DNA of 64,000 nucleotides from Squalus acanthias (taxonomy: Eukaryota): positions 24,368,001 through 24,432,000 of the forward strand of contig CM059432.1 of the NCBI GenBank assembly GCA_030390025.1, written 5' to 3'. The position numbers and the translations under genes were made by a program. Under the pieces are notes generated by a model. The model did not search any database. It was not told where the DNA came from and saw only the letters and a program-made list of their open reading frames with translations. The stretch's first letter is position 1. Every line of letters starts with the position of its first letter. Positions 1-12,598 of the stretch are shown here, piece by piece.

Positions 1-1792
1 AGACTGCACCAACTCTGCATGGGCGGCAGCAGTCTGTCCTACAGGCGGTGGCAAGTGCAGTGGAGAAGTGACAGTGTAGGCAGCAGGAATGCTGTCATCG
101 TGAGAGAGGCCAGCAACTCCCTGCTCGCCCGACACACTGGCACTCCCACGGGGCAGCACTTCAGCATCCGGAGCAATCTGCCGGAGAACAGATTTCTGGC
201 CTGCTGCGGCGCGGTGACAGCCCCGGGGACATGTGCACGAACCATCGAGGTTGGCAGCAGTCTGTGCTCGCGTGGCCTCCATCTGAGTCTGTATGAGAGC
301 AGTCAGAGGTGGGATCACGGCAGCCAGTGACTGAATTGCAGCACTAAGCGTTAGTGTGGCATCCGCCTGTGCTACAGCGAAGTGCTCCACACTCCTTGCC
401 AGTGACTCAATGCAATCGGGCACCCTTCCCACTGCACCCATGAGCTCAGTGTGCATGCACACCGCCTGGGTGTTCATTTCTGCAATCAGCCGCTCCTCCT
501 CTGCGTCCATTGCAGTAGGAGTGTCTGGCATACTCTCCCTCTGGGGAGAAGGCCCCCGTTCTTTCCTACCCCCCCATGGCATTGCTGCAGCCCGCTGGGT
601 CCTGGAGCTTCACCATCATCAGCCCCTTCCCCCCTGCTCCCCTCCGGGGAAGGCGTGTTCCCAGTGTGGGCATGGGCTTCCTCGGGAGAGGGTGGCACTG
701 ATGCTCTGGCTTCCTCTTCCTCCTCAGCTGCAGCATCACTCCCAGTGGCAGCTTCAGGGCCCGTCTCCTCAGCTGGTGAATCACCATCTGAAAGCAGGAA
801 GGTACAAAAGTGGCTTTAGCGTGAGGACAGGGTGGCAGTAAGGGAGGAATAAGTGCAGCGAGTTAGCAAGTTGGATTGAAAGTGTCAAAGGCTGGTGTTG
901 TGAGGGACAAGTGGAAGGACAGAGGACAAAAAGGTGATGACCTTACCATTGCTGTCCAGAACGGGGTCGGCGTCTCCAGTGGCGACGGGACCGATCACCC
1001 GGCTTGCCACAATCCTGTGGACGCGCTCCTCCAGATCGCTGAGGGGTTGCAGCTGAAGCCGCCTTCCACCTGTCCGTTGCTGCTGTCTCCTATTATGAGC
1101 CAGCTTAGCCTGCAAGAAAAAGGACAGCATCTGAGTAAATATGCAGCCATGGTCTTGCCTGATGTGCCTCCCATAGGTGAATAGCCCTTACAATATACAG
1201 CCATGGTCTTGCCTGATGTGCCTCCCATAGGTGAATAGCCCTTACAATATGCAGCCATGGTCTTGCCTGATGTGCCTCCCATAGGTGAATAGCCCTTACT
1301 GTATGCAGCCATGGTCTTGCCTGATGTGCCTCCCATAGGTGAATAGCCCTTACAATATACAGCCATGGTCTTGCCTGATGTGCCTCCCATAGGTGAATAG
1401 CCCTTACTGTATGCAAAGTGTGGAATGTGTGTGTGTGTTTGATGAAAGGGCCATAGGTGTTGGATGAGTGTTGTGCTTTGGGGTTTTAAGACCCTCTGGC
1501 CATAGAGTGAGGTTGAGATGGAGGGATGGAGAGGTATTGAGAAAAAGCCACTCACCCTGACGACCCGAGTGAGGTCGTTGAACTTTTTGCGGCATTGAGT
1601 ATGGGTCCTGGGCACCATGCTCCTGGAGGAGACGCTCTGAGCCACCTCCCTCCACACTCTTCTGAACTCGCGTGGCAAAGGCCTCCTGCCACTCTCAGGG
1701 AACAGCATACATCGTCTGCGCTCCACTGCGTCAACCAGAGCATCCAAGGCCCGCTCGGTGAAGCGATGAGCGCGTTCTCTCACCCTCTCCAT
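1..1792 (-). pseudogene. Harbinger Myb/SANT (MADF-like) DNA-binding protein gene; exons 1792-1556, 1109-947, 787-<1
   Basis: MERVRERAHRFTERALDALV...W..VA..VS...RT..QCRKKFNDL is the Harbinger Myb/SANT motif. GT-AG sites (gtgagt, ttgcag, gtaagg, ttcag) give an in-frame join. A C-run at ~569-575 is 2 nt longer than in the sister copy and shifts the exon 3 frame. Confidence 0.8.
1141..1415. repeat. 54-bp minisatellite x5 in intron 1 of the Myb gene
   Basis: CAGCCATGGTCTTGCCTGATGTGCCTCCCATAGGTGAATAGCCCTTAC(A/T)(A/G)TAT(A/G) recurs at 1144, 1198, 1252, 1306, 1360. Confidence 0.95.
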
Positions 1793-2167
1793 GCTTGGCA
1801 GCAAAATGGATTACAGGTCTCTCCAGGCTGAGATTCAAGGCTGCAATGAGCAGGGTGTGGCTGGGGAGCAAGTGGCCCCCCCCGCTTTAAGAAGTGTCCG
1901 GCGCCAGTGTGTCTGTGTTCCCTCGCTAACTGGCAGCAGCTGCGCTGCGCTCGCGCGCTGAGTTAGCGCCTCACTCCTTGGCCTTTGCGCCTTAAGAGAG
2001 GTGTGCAGCGCCTGCTTTAGCGCTCCACTCACCTCCCGGGGCAGTAAAAGTGAAGTTTCCTGTCAGTGCCGATAATTAGCGCCAGGCGCTAATATTTGCG
2101 TCCGGACGATATTTGCGCCCCAAATGGGGCGCGACCTAATTTCTACCCCTATGCCTCTATTTATGAA

Positions 2168-2283
2168 AATGAGAAGTCGCACAACACCAGGTTATAGTCC
2201 AACAGATTTATTTAAAATTACAAGCTTTCGGAGCTATCGCCCCTTCTTCAGGTAAAGTTACAATGAGTGAATTTTACAATGAG
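2168..2283 (-). mobile_element. Short Penelope-like (pLTR-derived) insertion in the CR1
   Basis: Same sequence family as 9783-9991 and 52273-52583. Flanked by a 12-bp duplication TCTATTTATGAA (2156-2167, 2284-2295). Confidence 0.75.
2218..2255 (-). ncRNA. Minimal type I hammerhead ribozyme motif
   Basis: Revcomp reads TTAC-CTGAAGA-A-GGGGC(GATA)GCTCC-GAAAGCTT-GTAA: stem I TTAC/GTAA, core CUGANGA and GAAA, stem II, palindromic AGCT stem III. Confidence 0.7.
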
Positions 2284-3319
2284 TCTATTTATGAAGCCCA
2301 GGATCCTGTATGCTTTTTTAACCGCTTTCTCAACCTGCCCTGCCACCTTCAATGATTTGTGCACATATACCCCCAGGTCTCTCTGTTCAATCACCCTTTA
2401 GAATTGTACCCTTTAGTTTCTATTGCCTCTCCTCGTTCTTCCTACCAAAATGTATCACTTCGCACTTTTCTGCATTAAATTTCATCTGCCACGTGTCCGC
2501 CCATTCCACCAGCCTGTCTATGTCCTCTTGAAGTCTATCACTATCCTCCTCACTGTTTACTATACTTCCAAGCTTTGTGTCATCTGCAAATTTTGAAATT
2601 GTGCCCTGTACATCCAAGTCCAAGTCATTAATATATATCAAGAAAAGCAGTGGTCCTAGTACTGACCCCTGAGGGACATCACTGTATACCTTCCTCCAGT
2701 CTGATAAACAACCGTTCACCACTACTCTCTGTTTCCTGTCACTTAACCAATTTCGTATCCATGCTGCCACTGTCTCTTCTATTCCATGGGCTTCAACTTT
2801 GCTGGCAAACCTATTATGTGGCACTTTATCAAACGCCTTTTGGAAGTCCATGTACACCACATCAACCGCATTGCCCTCATCAACCCTTTCTGTTACCTCA
2901 TCAAAAAACTCAATCAAGTTAGTTAACCATGATTTGCCTTTAACAAAACTGTGCTGGCTTTCCTTAATTAATCCACACTTGTCCAAGTGACTGTTAATTT
3001 TGTCCTGGATTATCGTTTCTAAAGCTTCCCCACTACTGAGGTTAAACTGACTAGCCTGTAGTTGCTGGGTTTATCCTTACAACCTTTTTTGAACAAGGGT
3101 GTAACATTTGCAATCCTCCAGTCCTCTGACACCACCCCAGTATCTAAGGAGGATTGGAAGATTATGGCCAGTCCCTCCACAATTTCCACCTTTACGTCCC
3201 TCAGCATCCTGGTTTGTAAGGATTAACCCTTTAACTTGATTATCCTTAATAACATGCTTAGCTTTATTGGACTCAAACGTTCACTGGTCGGGGACTTTTT
3301 GTAACGATGGTGTCTACTT

Positions 3320-4930
3320 AGACTTCAGCAGCGTACAGCTCCCTCACCTTCTACCTCAATGATTTGCACATGTGAACTGGCTAGAGCTATGGAGCGGTGG
3401 TTCACCCAGATGAATGCTAATATTGTATACATTGCATCTGCAATCCATGAAGCCATATCCACAACTGAAGCAAGCCAAACAACTACACTCTTACCTGCTC
3501 TGGACGGATTGGCTGTCAGAGCGCAAGAAACCATCAAGACTAATTTTTACTCGGGGTTGTGGGTGGGTGACTCTGGGGGAAGGAGTGGAGAGCCGTGGGG
3601 AGGGGATGCAGAAATTTGTGCAGCTGAAAAAGGACCTGCTGATACAGGACAGCCTCATTCTCTGATCGGCACATATAATGTTTGGCACCCCTGCTGGCAA
3701 GTCTCCTATACAGCCATGGCGTTCAAAGCAACTGTCTGGTTTATGCAGCTTCGAATCCTTGCGAGGAGGGCAACAACATCCCAGGTCAGTTTTCACCCAA
3801 AGACAGCAAATCTTCATCCAGTAATCCTTAGATTGCAGCAAATATGGCAGTGTCTATATATATATTGCACCAGGAAGCACTTGGAGGCAAAGGTAGAGGC
3901 AAATACTTATACAAAGGCGCAAGCACAACAGAAGGGGAGCATAGAGTGACCTACACACTAAACACTTTGGACCTTAAGCTCTTGGTGTCCACCCTCAACA
4001 CACAGTAATACCTGCACTACCCAAGTATGATCCATTAAATAATGGTTTTGTATCAGACACAAGACAGGCTAGCCTCTTACAAGCAACTAGGAGACAAAGG
4101 TGAAGTCAGTGCCATCCCACAGAAATACTACCTTTAGTTGTTGGGGAGCACCTGACAGTCATCAGTTCCAACAATAGATCATAACCTTTCCTATAAACTG
4201 CAAGGTCACATCAGCACTGCAAAGCACAAGCAGAGGGACACTCTTCATTAGCCCCATGGCATTTCAACAGTGACAGTATTGGAGTTCATTCAAAGAATGC
4301 TGCAGTGATCTGCTGATGCTGCTGGCTCTCTGGCTGTACTGCCTCATCCACATCTACCATATCCTTGAGTCTCCTTTCACCATGCTGATTAACATGCAGC
4401 TCATTGGTCTCCACTATGCTAATGCTTCTCTCAATTGTGATATTATGGACCATACAGCCCACAGTCATTATTTTGGACATCTTCTCTTGGCTGCACTGCA
4501 AGGTGCTCTGGAGTGATGCTCCAAAACCTTGCACATGGTTTTGGCACGGGCCTCACGCTATTGGTTACCTTGAGTAACTGGCATCATCAGCCAAGATCAA
4601 AGAGGATAAACAGAATCCCTCAGGAGCCATCCATTCCACCTGCTGTGTCCTTGAATATTGAAATGTTGCTGGGTGTGAGAGTCATGGTAGTTCTCAGGAT
4701 ACCTGGCATTAAATGGAGTCTCACGTTGACATTGCACGCTATCTGCACATTGATTTAGCGCAAGCAGCTGTCCTTCTCTATTTTTGTATGGCAAGGCTTG
4801 GCCTGGTGGAACATAAACGGCCAAGTTGCCAGAATGTACTGCACCCTTAGGAAATGATCTATGCAGCCAGGATCTCTGCTGCTTTGCCTCCCTGCCAAAT
4901 CATGTTCAGAGGTTTGTGTTCCATTCTTCT
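3320..4930. mobile_element. Highly degenerate Harbinger remnant (transposase on minus ~4286-4824; possible Myb-gene last-exon remnant on plus ~3359-3540)
   Basis: Minus-strand fragments NARYPENYHD, WNGWLLRDSVYPL and CMVHNITIER parallel [21 protein letters not shown] and CCILHNLAI in the better copies. Confidence 0.55.
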
Positions 4931-4943
4931 AGCTATCTTGACT

Positions 4944-6065
4944 CTCTCCTCAGTAAGATCCCCGCTGGAGTGGAGCTAATTTACAGAACAAACGGGAACC
5001 TGTTCAACCTCCGTCGCTTCCAGTCCAGATCCAAGGTCGTCGCATCCTCTGTCGTCGAATTACAGTATGCAGACGATGCTTGCGTCTGCGCTCACTCGGA
5101 GGTCGAACTCCAAACCATCGTCAACACCTTCACCGAAGCGTACGAGAGCATAGGCCTTACACTAAACATCCGTAAGACAAAGGTCCTCTACCAACCTGAT
5201 CCCACACAGTACTGCCCCCCCGGTTATCAAAATCCATGACAAGGCCTTGGACAACGTGGACCACTTTCCATACCTCGGGAGCCTACTGTCAACAAGGGCA
5301 GACGTCGATGACGAGTTCCAAATCCGCCTTCAGTGTGCCAGTGCAGCCTTCGGTCGCCTGAGGAAGAGAGTGTTTGAAGACCAGGACCTCAAACCCGGCA
5401 CCAAGCTCATGGTCTACAGAGCAGCAGTGATACCCGCCCTGCTGTATGCCTCAGAGACATGGACCATGTACAGCAGGCACCTCAAAGCACTGGAGAGGTA
5501 ACACCAACGCTGCCTCCGCAAGATCCTGCAAATCCATTGGCAGGATAGGCGCACCAACGTCAGTGTTCTCGCTCAGGCCAACATCCCCAGCATCGAAGCT
5601 TTAACCATGCTCGATCAGCTCCGATGGATGGGTCACATCGTCCACATGCCCAATACGAGACTCCGAAAACAAGCGCTCTACTCAAAGCTCCGACACGGCA
5701 AGAGAGCCCCAGGTGGGCAGAGGAAACGCTTCAAGGACACCCTCAAAGCCTCCTTGAAAAAGTGCAACATCCCCACCGACACCTGGGAATCCCTGGCCCA
5801 GGACCGCACAAAGTGGAGGAGAAGCATCCGGGAAGGCGCCGAACACCTCGAGTCTCTTCGCCGGGAGCAAGCAGAAGCCAATCGCAAGCAGCGCAAGGAG
5901 CGCACGTCAACCCAAGCATCCCACCCACCCGCCCCTTCAACCATCGTCTGCCCCACCTGTGACAGAGACTGTAGGTCCCGCATTGGACTCATCAGTCACC
6001 TGAGAACTCATTTTTAATGTGGAGGCAAGTCATCCTCGGTTCCGAGGGACTGCCTAAGAAGAAGA
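4944..6065 (+). mobile_element. RTE-clade LINE, 5'-truncated, frameshifted
   Basis: LIYRTNGNLFNLRR...ELQYADD RT motif, C-terminal CPTCDRDCRSRIGLISHLRTH zinc finger, (AAG)n tail, TSD AG(C/G)TATCTTGACT (4931-4943, 6066-6078). Confidence 0.9.
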
Positions 6066-6139
6066 AGGTATCTTGACTACCCACGTATGTCTGTGAATTT
6101 TCTGATGCCCTCTGTCAGAAACTGCTTGGGGAGTCAGTG

Positions 6140-6400
6140 ATGAGGAGTCAGAAATTTAAAATTATCACTGAGAATGAGGAGGGAGTTTAGGAGAAACACA
6201 GAGATTGGAGTGCTTGGTCACAAGAAGTGTCTGAGGCAGAGATCATTGCATCTTTTAAGGAATGAGTAGATATGCATTTGGAACAGAGGACGATACAGGG
6301 CTATGAAGAGAAAGTAGGGCAGTGGGATTAGTTTTGGATTACTCTAGGAAAGAGCCGACATAGCCAAATGGCCTCCTTCTGTGTTGAAAACTTTTTATAC
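6140..6400 (+). mobile_element. Degenerate CR1 3' end
   Basis: Eroded match to the CR1 3' ends elsewhere in the window, ending ...AATGGCCTCCTTCTGTG. Confidence 0.5.
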
Positions 6401-7169
6401 GTCTTCAAATGGATTAATTCAGTATGATTCAATGCCTGACTCAAAACTATTGGGCGTTGCTGGAAGCAAACAGCAGGGCTTCTTGAGAGAAGAGACAAGT
6501 TATTATTTTGATTTCTGGCATTCCTTCAAAAAGATGAACAGTATTTTAATAGAATCAGAACAAAGCAGAGGGGTGAGGGACAGAGATAAAGTGTCAGTGC
6601 ATAAAAGAAAAAACAGGAGATGGATAGATCTCTGAGAAGATGATTACATCAGACAATAGCCAGAAGAGGAAGGGTGAAACATTGAATGGAGTTCAAGTGG
6701 TATGGGTTAGAGCAGTAGACAGGTGCTGAGAAAAGAGATGTGGCTTTAAAAACTTTTTTGAAACAAACTGTTTCAAATAAGAGTGGTCGCAATATCGAAA
6801 AGTAGCCACAGCAGGGAAAATATAAAAAAATAGCAGCAAATATTTTTGTGGCTCTTATCTGGTTTTCATTGGAGATATTGAGGTACATGCAGGGGGCCAG
6901 AGTGAGTCAGTTACGCCTGACAGCAGCACAGTCTCAAGAAAAATCACAGCTACAGCAGCAGAGGCAATGTGATGGAGACTGTTGTGCAGACTAGAAATGA
7001 TAAAAACCCGATGTGATTGCTAATCCACGCAGCACATTTGGGAACCATACGGTGCCCAAGGACTGGATCTCAAGGTTTGTTGCACACCTTTTGCAAATTC
7101 ATGATGAGTGTCAGTAACAGCAATGCAAATCTTGCCTGACGATATCCTGCGCTGGATAGAAAGTCATAA

Positions 7170-7810
7170 ACCATGGCCTTTATTACAAGAGGATTTGAGT
7201 ATAAGAGTAAAGACGTCTTACTGCAATTATATAGCGCCCTGGTGAGACCACACCTGGAGTATTGTGTACAGTTTTGGTCTCCTTACCTAAGGAAGGATAT
7301 ACTTGCCATAGAGGGAGTGCAACAAAGGTTCACCAGACTGGGATGGGGGATTGTCCTATGAGGAGAGATTGAGGAGACTAGGCCTATATTCTCTCGAGTT
7401 TAGAAGAATGAGAGGTGATCTCATTGAAACATACAAAATTCTTACAGGGCTTGACAGGGTAGATGCAGGGAGGATGTTTCCCCTGGCTGGGGAGTCTAGA
7501 ACCAGAAGTCACAGTCTCAGAATAAGGGCTCGGCCATTTAGGACTGAGATGAGGAAAAATGTCTTCACTCAGATGGTGGTGAATCTTTGGAATTCTCTAC
7601 CCCAGAGGGCTGTAGAGGCTCAGTAGTTGAATATATTCAAGACAGAGATCGATAGATTTTTGAATATTAAGGGAATCAAGGAATATGGGGATAGTTCAGG
7701 AAAGTGAAGATGAGGTAGAAGATCAACCATAATCTTATTGAATGGCGGAGCAGGCTCGAAGGGCCAAATGGCCTACTCCTGCTCCTATTTCTTATGTTCT
7801 TATGTTCTTA
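7170..7810 (+). mobile_element. CR1 LINE 3' fragment
   Basis: LVRPHLEYCVQFWSP, LGLYSLEFRRMRGDLIETYKIL; 3' tail (TTCTTATG)n. Confidence 0.93.
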
Positions 7811-9782
7811 ACCAGTGCAGATGTACAGTATCTGTGACAGGGTTATGGTTCTGTGTCATTATTAGCAAGAATGATGGCGCACAGAATTGGAGGTAACCTT
7901 GCGACAAGGGTTGGAAATTGGTTGGGAGTAGAAGACAGAGAATAGGGATAAAGGGTTCGTACTCTGATTGGTGGGATGTGGCAAGTGGTGTTCCCCAGGG
8001 ATCTGCACTGAGGGCCTCAGCTTTTCACCATATTTATCAATGACTTGGATGAAGGTATAGATAGTTGTATATCCAAGTTTGCAGATAACACTAAGTTGAA
8101 AGGCACAGTAAGTAGTGCAGATTGGAGCAGGAAGTTACAAAGGGATATAGACAGATTAGTTGAGTGGGCACAACCGTGACAACTGGAACTCAATGACGGA
8201 AAGTGTGGATTCAAGAAAGACAAATAGGAGTATTTTCTAAATGGTGAGAAACTAGGAACTGTGAAGGAGCAAAGAGATTTGGTGGTCCATGCACACAAAT
8301 CACTAAGAGCTAGTGGACAGGTGCAAAAAACAATCAAGAGGGCTAATTGAATGTTGGCCTTTATCTCAAGGGTTCTGGATATACAAAGTTGAGGAAGCTA
8401 TGCTTCAGTTGTATAGAGTCTTGGCCAGACCCCATCTGGAGTACTGCATTTAGTTCTGGGCACCGCATCTCAGGATATATTGGCCTTGGAGGGAGTGCAG
8501 CGCAGATTCACCTGAATGATACTGGGACTTAAAGGGTTAAATTATGAAGATAGGTTGCATAAACTTGCAAAGTATTTACAGCACAGAAACAGGCCATTCG
8601 GCCCAACAGGTCCATGCCGGTGTTTATGCTCCACATGAGCCTCCTCCCACCCTTCTTCATCTAAACCTATTAACATATTCCTTTCTCCATCATGTGTCTA
8701 TCTAGCGTTCCCTTCAATGCGTCTATGCTAGTCGCTTCAACTATTCCTTGTGGTAGCAAGTTCCACATTCTAACCACTCCCTGGGTAAAGAAGTTTCTCC
8801 TGAATTCCCTATTGGATTTATCTTATATTTATGGCCCCTAGTTCTGGTCTCCCCCACAAATGGAAACATCTTCTCTACTCTACCCTATCAAACACATTCA
8901 TAATTTTAAATACCTCTATCGGGTCACCCCTCAGTCTTCCTTTTCTAGAGAAAGGAGCCCAGCCTGTTCAATCTTTTCTGAAAGGTATAACCTCTCAGTT
9001 CTGGTATCATTCTGGTAAATATGTTTTGCACTTTCACCAGTGCCTTATATCCTTTTTATAATATGAAGACCAGAACTGTTCACAGTACTCCAAGTGTGGT
9101 CGAACCAAGGTTCTATACAAGTTTAACATAACTTCTTTGCTTTTCAATTCTATCCTTCTAGCAATGAACCCTAGAGCTTTGTTTGCTTTTTTTTATGGCC
9201 TCATTAACCTGCATTGCTGCTTTTAGTGATATGTGTATTTGTAACCCAGAGCCCTCTGCTCCTCTACCCCACTTAGACACTTTTTCAAGGAGTATGTGGC
9301 CTCCTTATTCTTCCTACCAAAATGTACCACCTTACACCTATCTATATTGAAGTCCATTTGCCAATTACTTGCCCATTCTGCAAGTTGATTAATGTCTTCA
9401 TGTATTTTGTTTAGTCCTCCTCTGTATTAACTATATCCCGCAATTTGGTGTTGTCTGCAAATTTCAGAATTGTATTTCCAATTCCCGAGTCCAAATCATT
9501 TATGTAAATGATGAACAACAGTAATTCCAGTGCCAATCCTTGTGGAACTCCACTACCCACCTTTTACCAGTCTGAGTAACTACCTTTAACCCCTACTCGG
9601 TTTTCTGTTTTGTAGCCAGCTTGCGATCCATTCTGCTACTTGTCCCCTGACTCCACATGTTCTGACCTTAGTCATGAGTCTACTATGCGGTACCTTATTG
9701 AAGCCCTTTTGAAAATCCAAATATATTAAGCCTGCATTACCTTTGTCTACCCTTTCTGTTACCTCTTCAAAGAATTCAATAA

Positions 9783-9991
9783 GTTTCCATGATGCGGAGA
9801 TGCCGGTGTTGGACTGGGGTGGACAAAAGTGAGAAGTCGCACAACACCAGGTTATAGTCCAACAGTTTTATTTGAAATCACAAGCTTTCGGAGCTGCTGC
9901 CCCTTCACCTGACGAAGGGGCAGTAGCTCCGAAAGCTTGTGATTTCAAATAAAACTGTTGGACTATAACCTGGTGTTGTGCGACTTCTCAC
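9783..9991. mobile_element. Penelope-like inverted pLTR insertion (near-perfect hairpin, arms ~9828-9906 and ~9914-9993)
   Basis: About 80-bp inverted arms, with the extra terminal segment GATGCGGAGATGCCGGTGTTGGACTGGGGTGGAC on one arm. Flanking TTCAATAA duplication (9775-9782, 9992-9999). Confidence 0.8.
9905..9942 (+). ncRNA. Minimal type I hammerhead ribozyme motif
   Basis: TCAC-CTGACGA-A-GGGGC(AGTA)GCTCC-GAAAGCTT-GTGA. Confidence 0.75.
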
Positions 9992-10743
9992 TTCAATAAA
10001 ATTTGGTCAAGTATGACCTTCCCTTTTGAAATCCGTCCTGACTGCTCTTTATTATATTTTCAGTTTCTAGTTGCTTTTCTATTACATCTTTGAGTAAGGG
10101 TTCCATTATCTTCCCTACCCCTGATGTTAAGCTAATTGGTCCATATGTAATACCCTTCTTCGATCTCCCTTTTTAAATATGGGAATCACATTAGCTTTCC
10201 GGCAGTCCTCTGCCACTATTCGCTTTTCTAATCAATTGTTATATATATGTAATAGTGCCTCTGCTATGTCTGCCCTAACTTATTTTAATATGCACAGTGC
10301 AATACATCAGGACATGGGGTTTTATCCTCTCTAAGTTTGATTAGTTATCAATTATCTCCCCCCTTTCTATCTTAAATGTCTTTGGGGGAGAAATTCGGTA
10401 TCGCCCCGTTTGGGGCGCAATTATCGGCCGGGCGCAAAGTTTAGCGCCTGGCACTAATTATCGTCTCCGACTGCAAACTTGGCTTTTATCGCCCCGGAGG
10501 TGATTGGAGCGCTAAATCAGGCGCTACACACCTATCTTAAGGCGCAAAGGCCGAGGAGTGAGGCGCTAACTCAGAGTGCGGGCGAAGCGCAGGTGATGTC
10601 AGTTAGCAATGGAACACAGACACACTGGCGCCGGCCAGTTCTTAAAGGGGAGGGTCGATCTTGCTCTCCATCCACACCCTGCTCATTGCAGCCTTGAATC
10701 TCGTCGTGGACAGACCTGTGCCTAAATTTTCCAGCCAAGGACT

Positions 10744-12598
10744 ATGGAGAGGGTGAGAGAACGAGCTCAGCGCTTCAGCGAGCGGGCCTTGGAGGTTCTG
10801 GTTGGCACGGTGGAGCGCAGAAGAGTTAAACTGTACCCTGAGAGTGGCAGGAGGCCTTTGCCGCACAACTACAGAAGAGTGTGGAGGGAGGTGGCTCAGC
10901 ACGTCTCCTCCAGGAGCATGGTGCCCAGGACCCATACGCAATGTCGCAAAAAGTTCAACGACCTCACTCGGGTCGTCAGGGTAAGTGGCTGTTTTTCAAT
11001 ACCTCTCCATCCCTCCATCTCAACCTCACTCTATGGCCAGAGGGTCTTAAAACCCCAATGCCCAACACCCATCCAAGACTTAGGGCCATCTCATAAAACA
11101 CACACGCTCATTCCACACTTTGCATACAGTAAGGGCTATTCAACTATGGCAGGCACATGAGGCAAGACCATGGCTGCATACAGTAAGGGCTATTCAATTA
11201 TGGGAGACACATCAGGCAAGACCATGGCTGCATACAGTAAGGGCTATTCAACTATGGGAGGCAAATCAGGCAAGACCATGGCTGTATATTTACTCAGACA
11301 CCGTCCTTTTTCTTGCAGGCCAAGCTATCTCATAACAGGAGACAGCAGCAATGGACGGGTGGAGGGCCGCTTCAGCTGCAACCCCGCAGTGAATTTGAGG
11401 CGCGCGTCCACAGGATCGGTCCCATCGCCCCTGGAGAGGTCGACCCCATTTGGGACAGCAATGGTAAGGTCATTAGCTATCTCTCCTCTCTCATTCCACT
11501 TGTCCCTCACAACACCAGCCTTTTACACTTTCAACCCAACTTAATAAATCGCTCCACTCCTTCCTCCCTTACTGCCCACCTGTCCTCACGCTAAAGCCAC
11601 TCTTGTACCTCCCTGCTTTCAGATGGTGATTCACCAGCTGAGGAGACGGGCCCTCAAGCTGCCAGTGGGAGCGAAGCCGCAGGCAAGGAGGCAGAGGAAG
11701 AGGAAGCCTCAGCGCCACCCTCTCCCAAGGAAGCCCATGCCCACACTGGGAACACGCCTTCCCTGGAGGGGAGCAGGGGGGAAGGGTCTGATGAGGGTGA
11801 AGCTCCAGGACCCAGCGGGCTGCAGCAACGCGATGGGGGTAGGGAAGCTCGGGGGCCTTCTCCCCGGAGGGAGAATATGCCAGCGAGTCCTACTGCACTG
11901 GACGCAGAGGAGGAGCGGCTCATCGCTGAAATGAACACCCAGGCGGTGGACATGCACACTCAGCTCATGGGTGCAGTGGGAAGGGTGCCCGAATGCATTG
12001 ATGGACTGGCAAGGAGTGTGGAGCACTTCGCTGCAGCACAGGCGGATGCCACGCAAATGCTTAGTGCTGCAATTCAGTCACTGGCTGCCGTGATCCAATC
12101 TCAGACTGCTCTCATGCAGCTTTAGGTTGAGGCCACGCGAGCACTGACTGCTGCTATCATCGATAGTTCGTACACATTTCCCCGGGGCTCTCACGGCGCC
12201 GCAGCAGGCCAGCAATCTGTGCTCCAGCAGATTGCTCCGGATGCTGAGGTGCTGCCCCATGGGAGTGCCAGTGTGTCGGTCGAGCAGGGAGTTGCTGTCC
12301 TCTCTCAAGATGACAGCATTCCTGCTGCCACCACTGTCACTTCTGCACTGCACTTGCCACTGCCTGTACCCAGACTGCTGCCGCCCATGCAGAGTTGGTG
12401 CAGTCTGCAGCTGGGCCCTCCAGGTCCAGAGCTGGTCGAGGCCGTCCTTCAAGGGCATCTGCAGTCTCAGGTTCTGACAATCAGCAGCCTTCCACCAGCC
12501 TTGCTGCAGCCACTGGGGCCCCATTACGGAGGAGCAGTAGGGTGGGAAGGGGGCAAGTGGGCAAGGGAAGGAGATCACCCTCGAAGGGCAAAATGTAG
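10744..12598 (+). pseudogene. Harbinger Myb/SANT-like gene; exons 10744-10980, 11319-11463, 11623-~12598
   Basis: RFSERALEVLV...VW.EVA..VS...RTHTQCRKKFNDL|AKLSHNRRQQQWTGGG with canonical GT-AG sites in phase. Premature TAG at 12123-12125 where the sister copy has CAG. Basic NLS-like tail LRRSSRVGRG. Confidence 0.85.
11121..11288. repeat. 54-bp minisatellite x3 in intron 1
   Basis: TGCATACAGTAAGGGCTATTCAA... at 11121, 11175, 11229; revcomp of the unit at 1141-1415. Confidence 0.9.

Larger units (their letters stand above)
1..2149 (-). mobile_element. PIF/Harbinger DNA transposon, left part (runs off the window start); carries the Myb/SANT-like gene
   Basis: Terminus revcomp GGGGTAGAAATTAGGT at 2149. 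Colinear in inverted orientation with the element at 10384-12600. Sequence beyond 2150 is CR1 RT (AYRILGFINRGI), so it inserted into a CR1. Confidence 0.9.
2150..3210 (-). mobile_element. CR1 (HER1-type) LINE ORF2 reverse transcriptase fragment
   Basis: ORFs 3019-3207 (DWRIANVTPLFKKG..NYRLVSLTSVVGK) and 2420-2986 (YMDFQKAFDKVPH, PQGSVLGP, KFADDTK). Confidence 0.92.

Noticed and set aside
1141..1415. CRISPR-like array
   Set aside because: The units are contiguous 54-bp tandem copies with no unique spacers, there are no cas genes, and the context is eukaryotic.
9878..9906. Fifth hammerhead on the minus arm
   Set aside because: The CTGANGA core and 5' stem I are cut off at the inversion junction.
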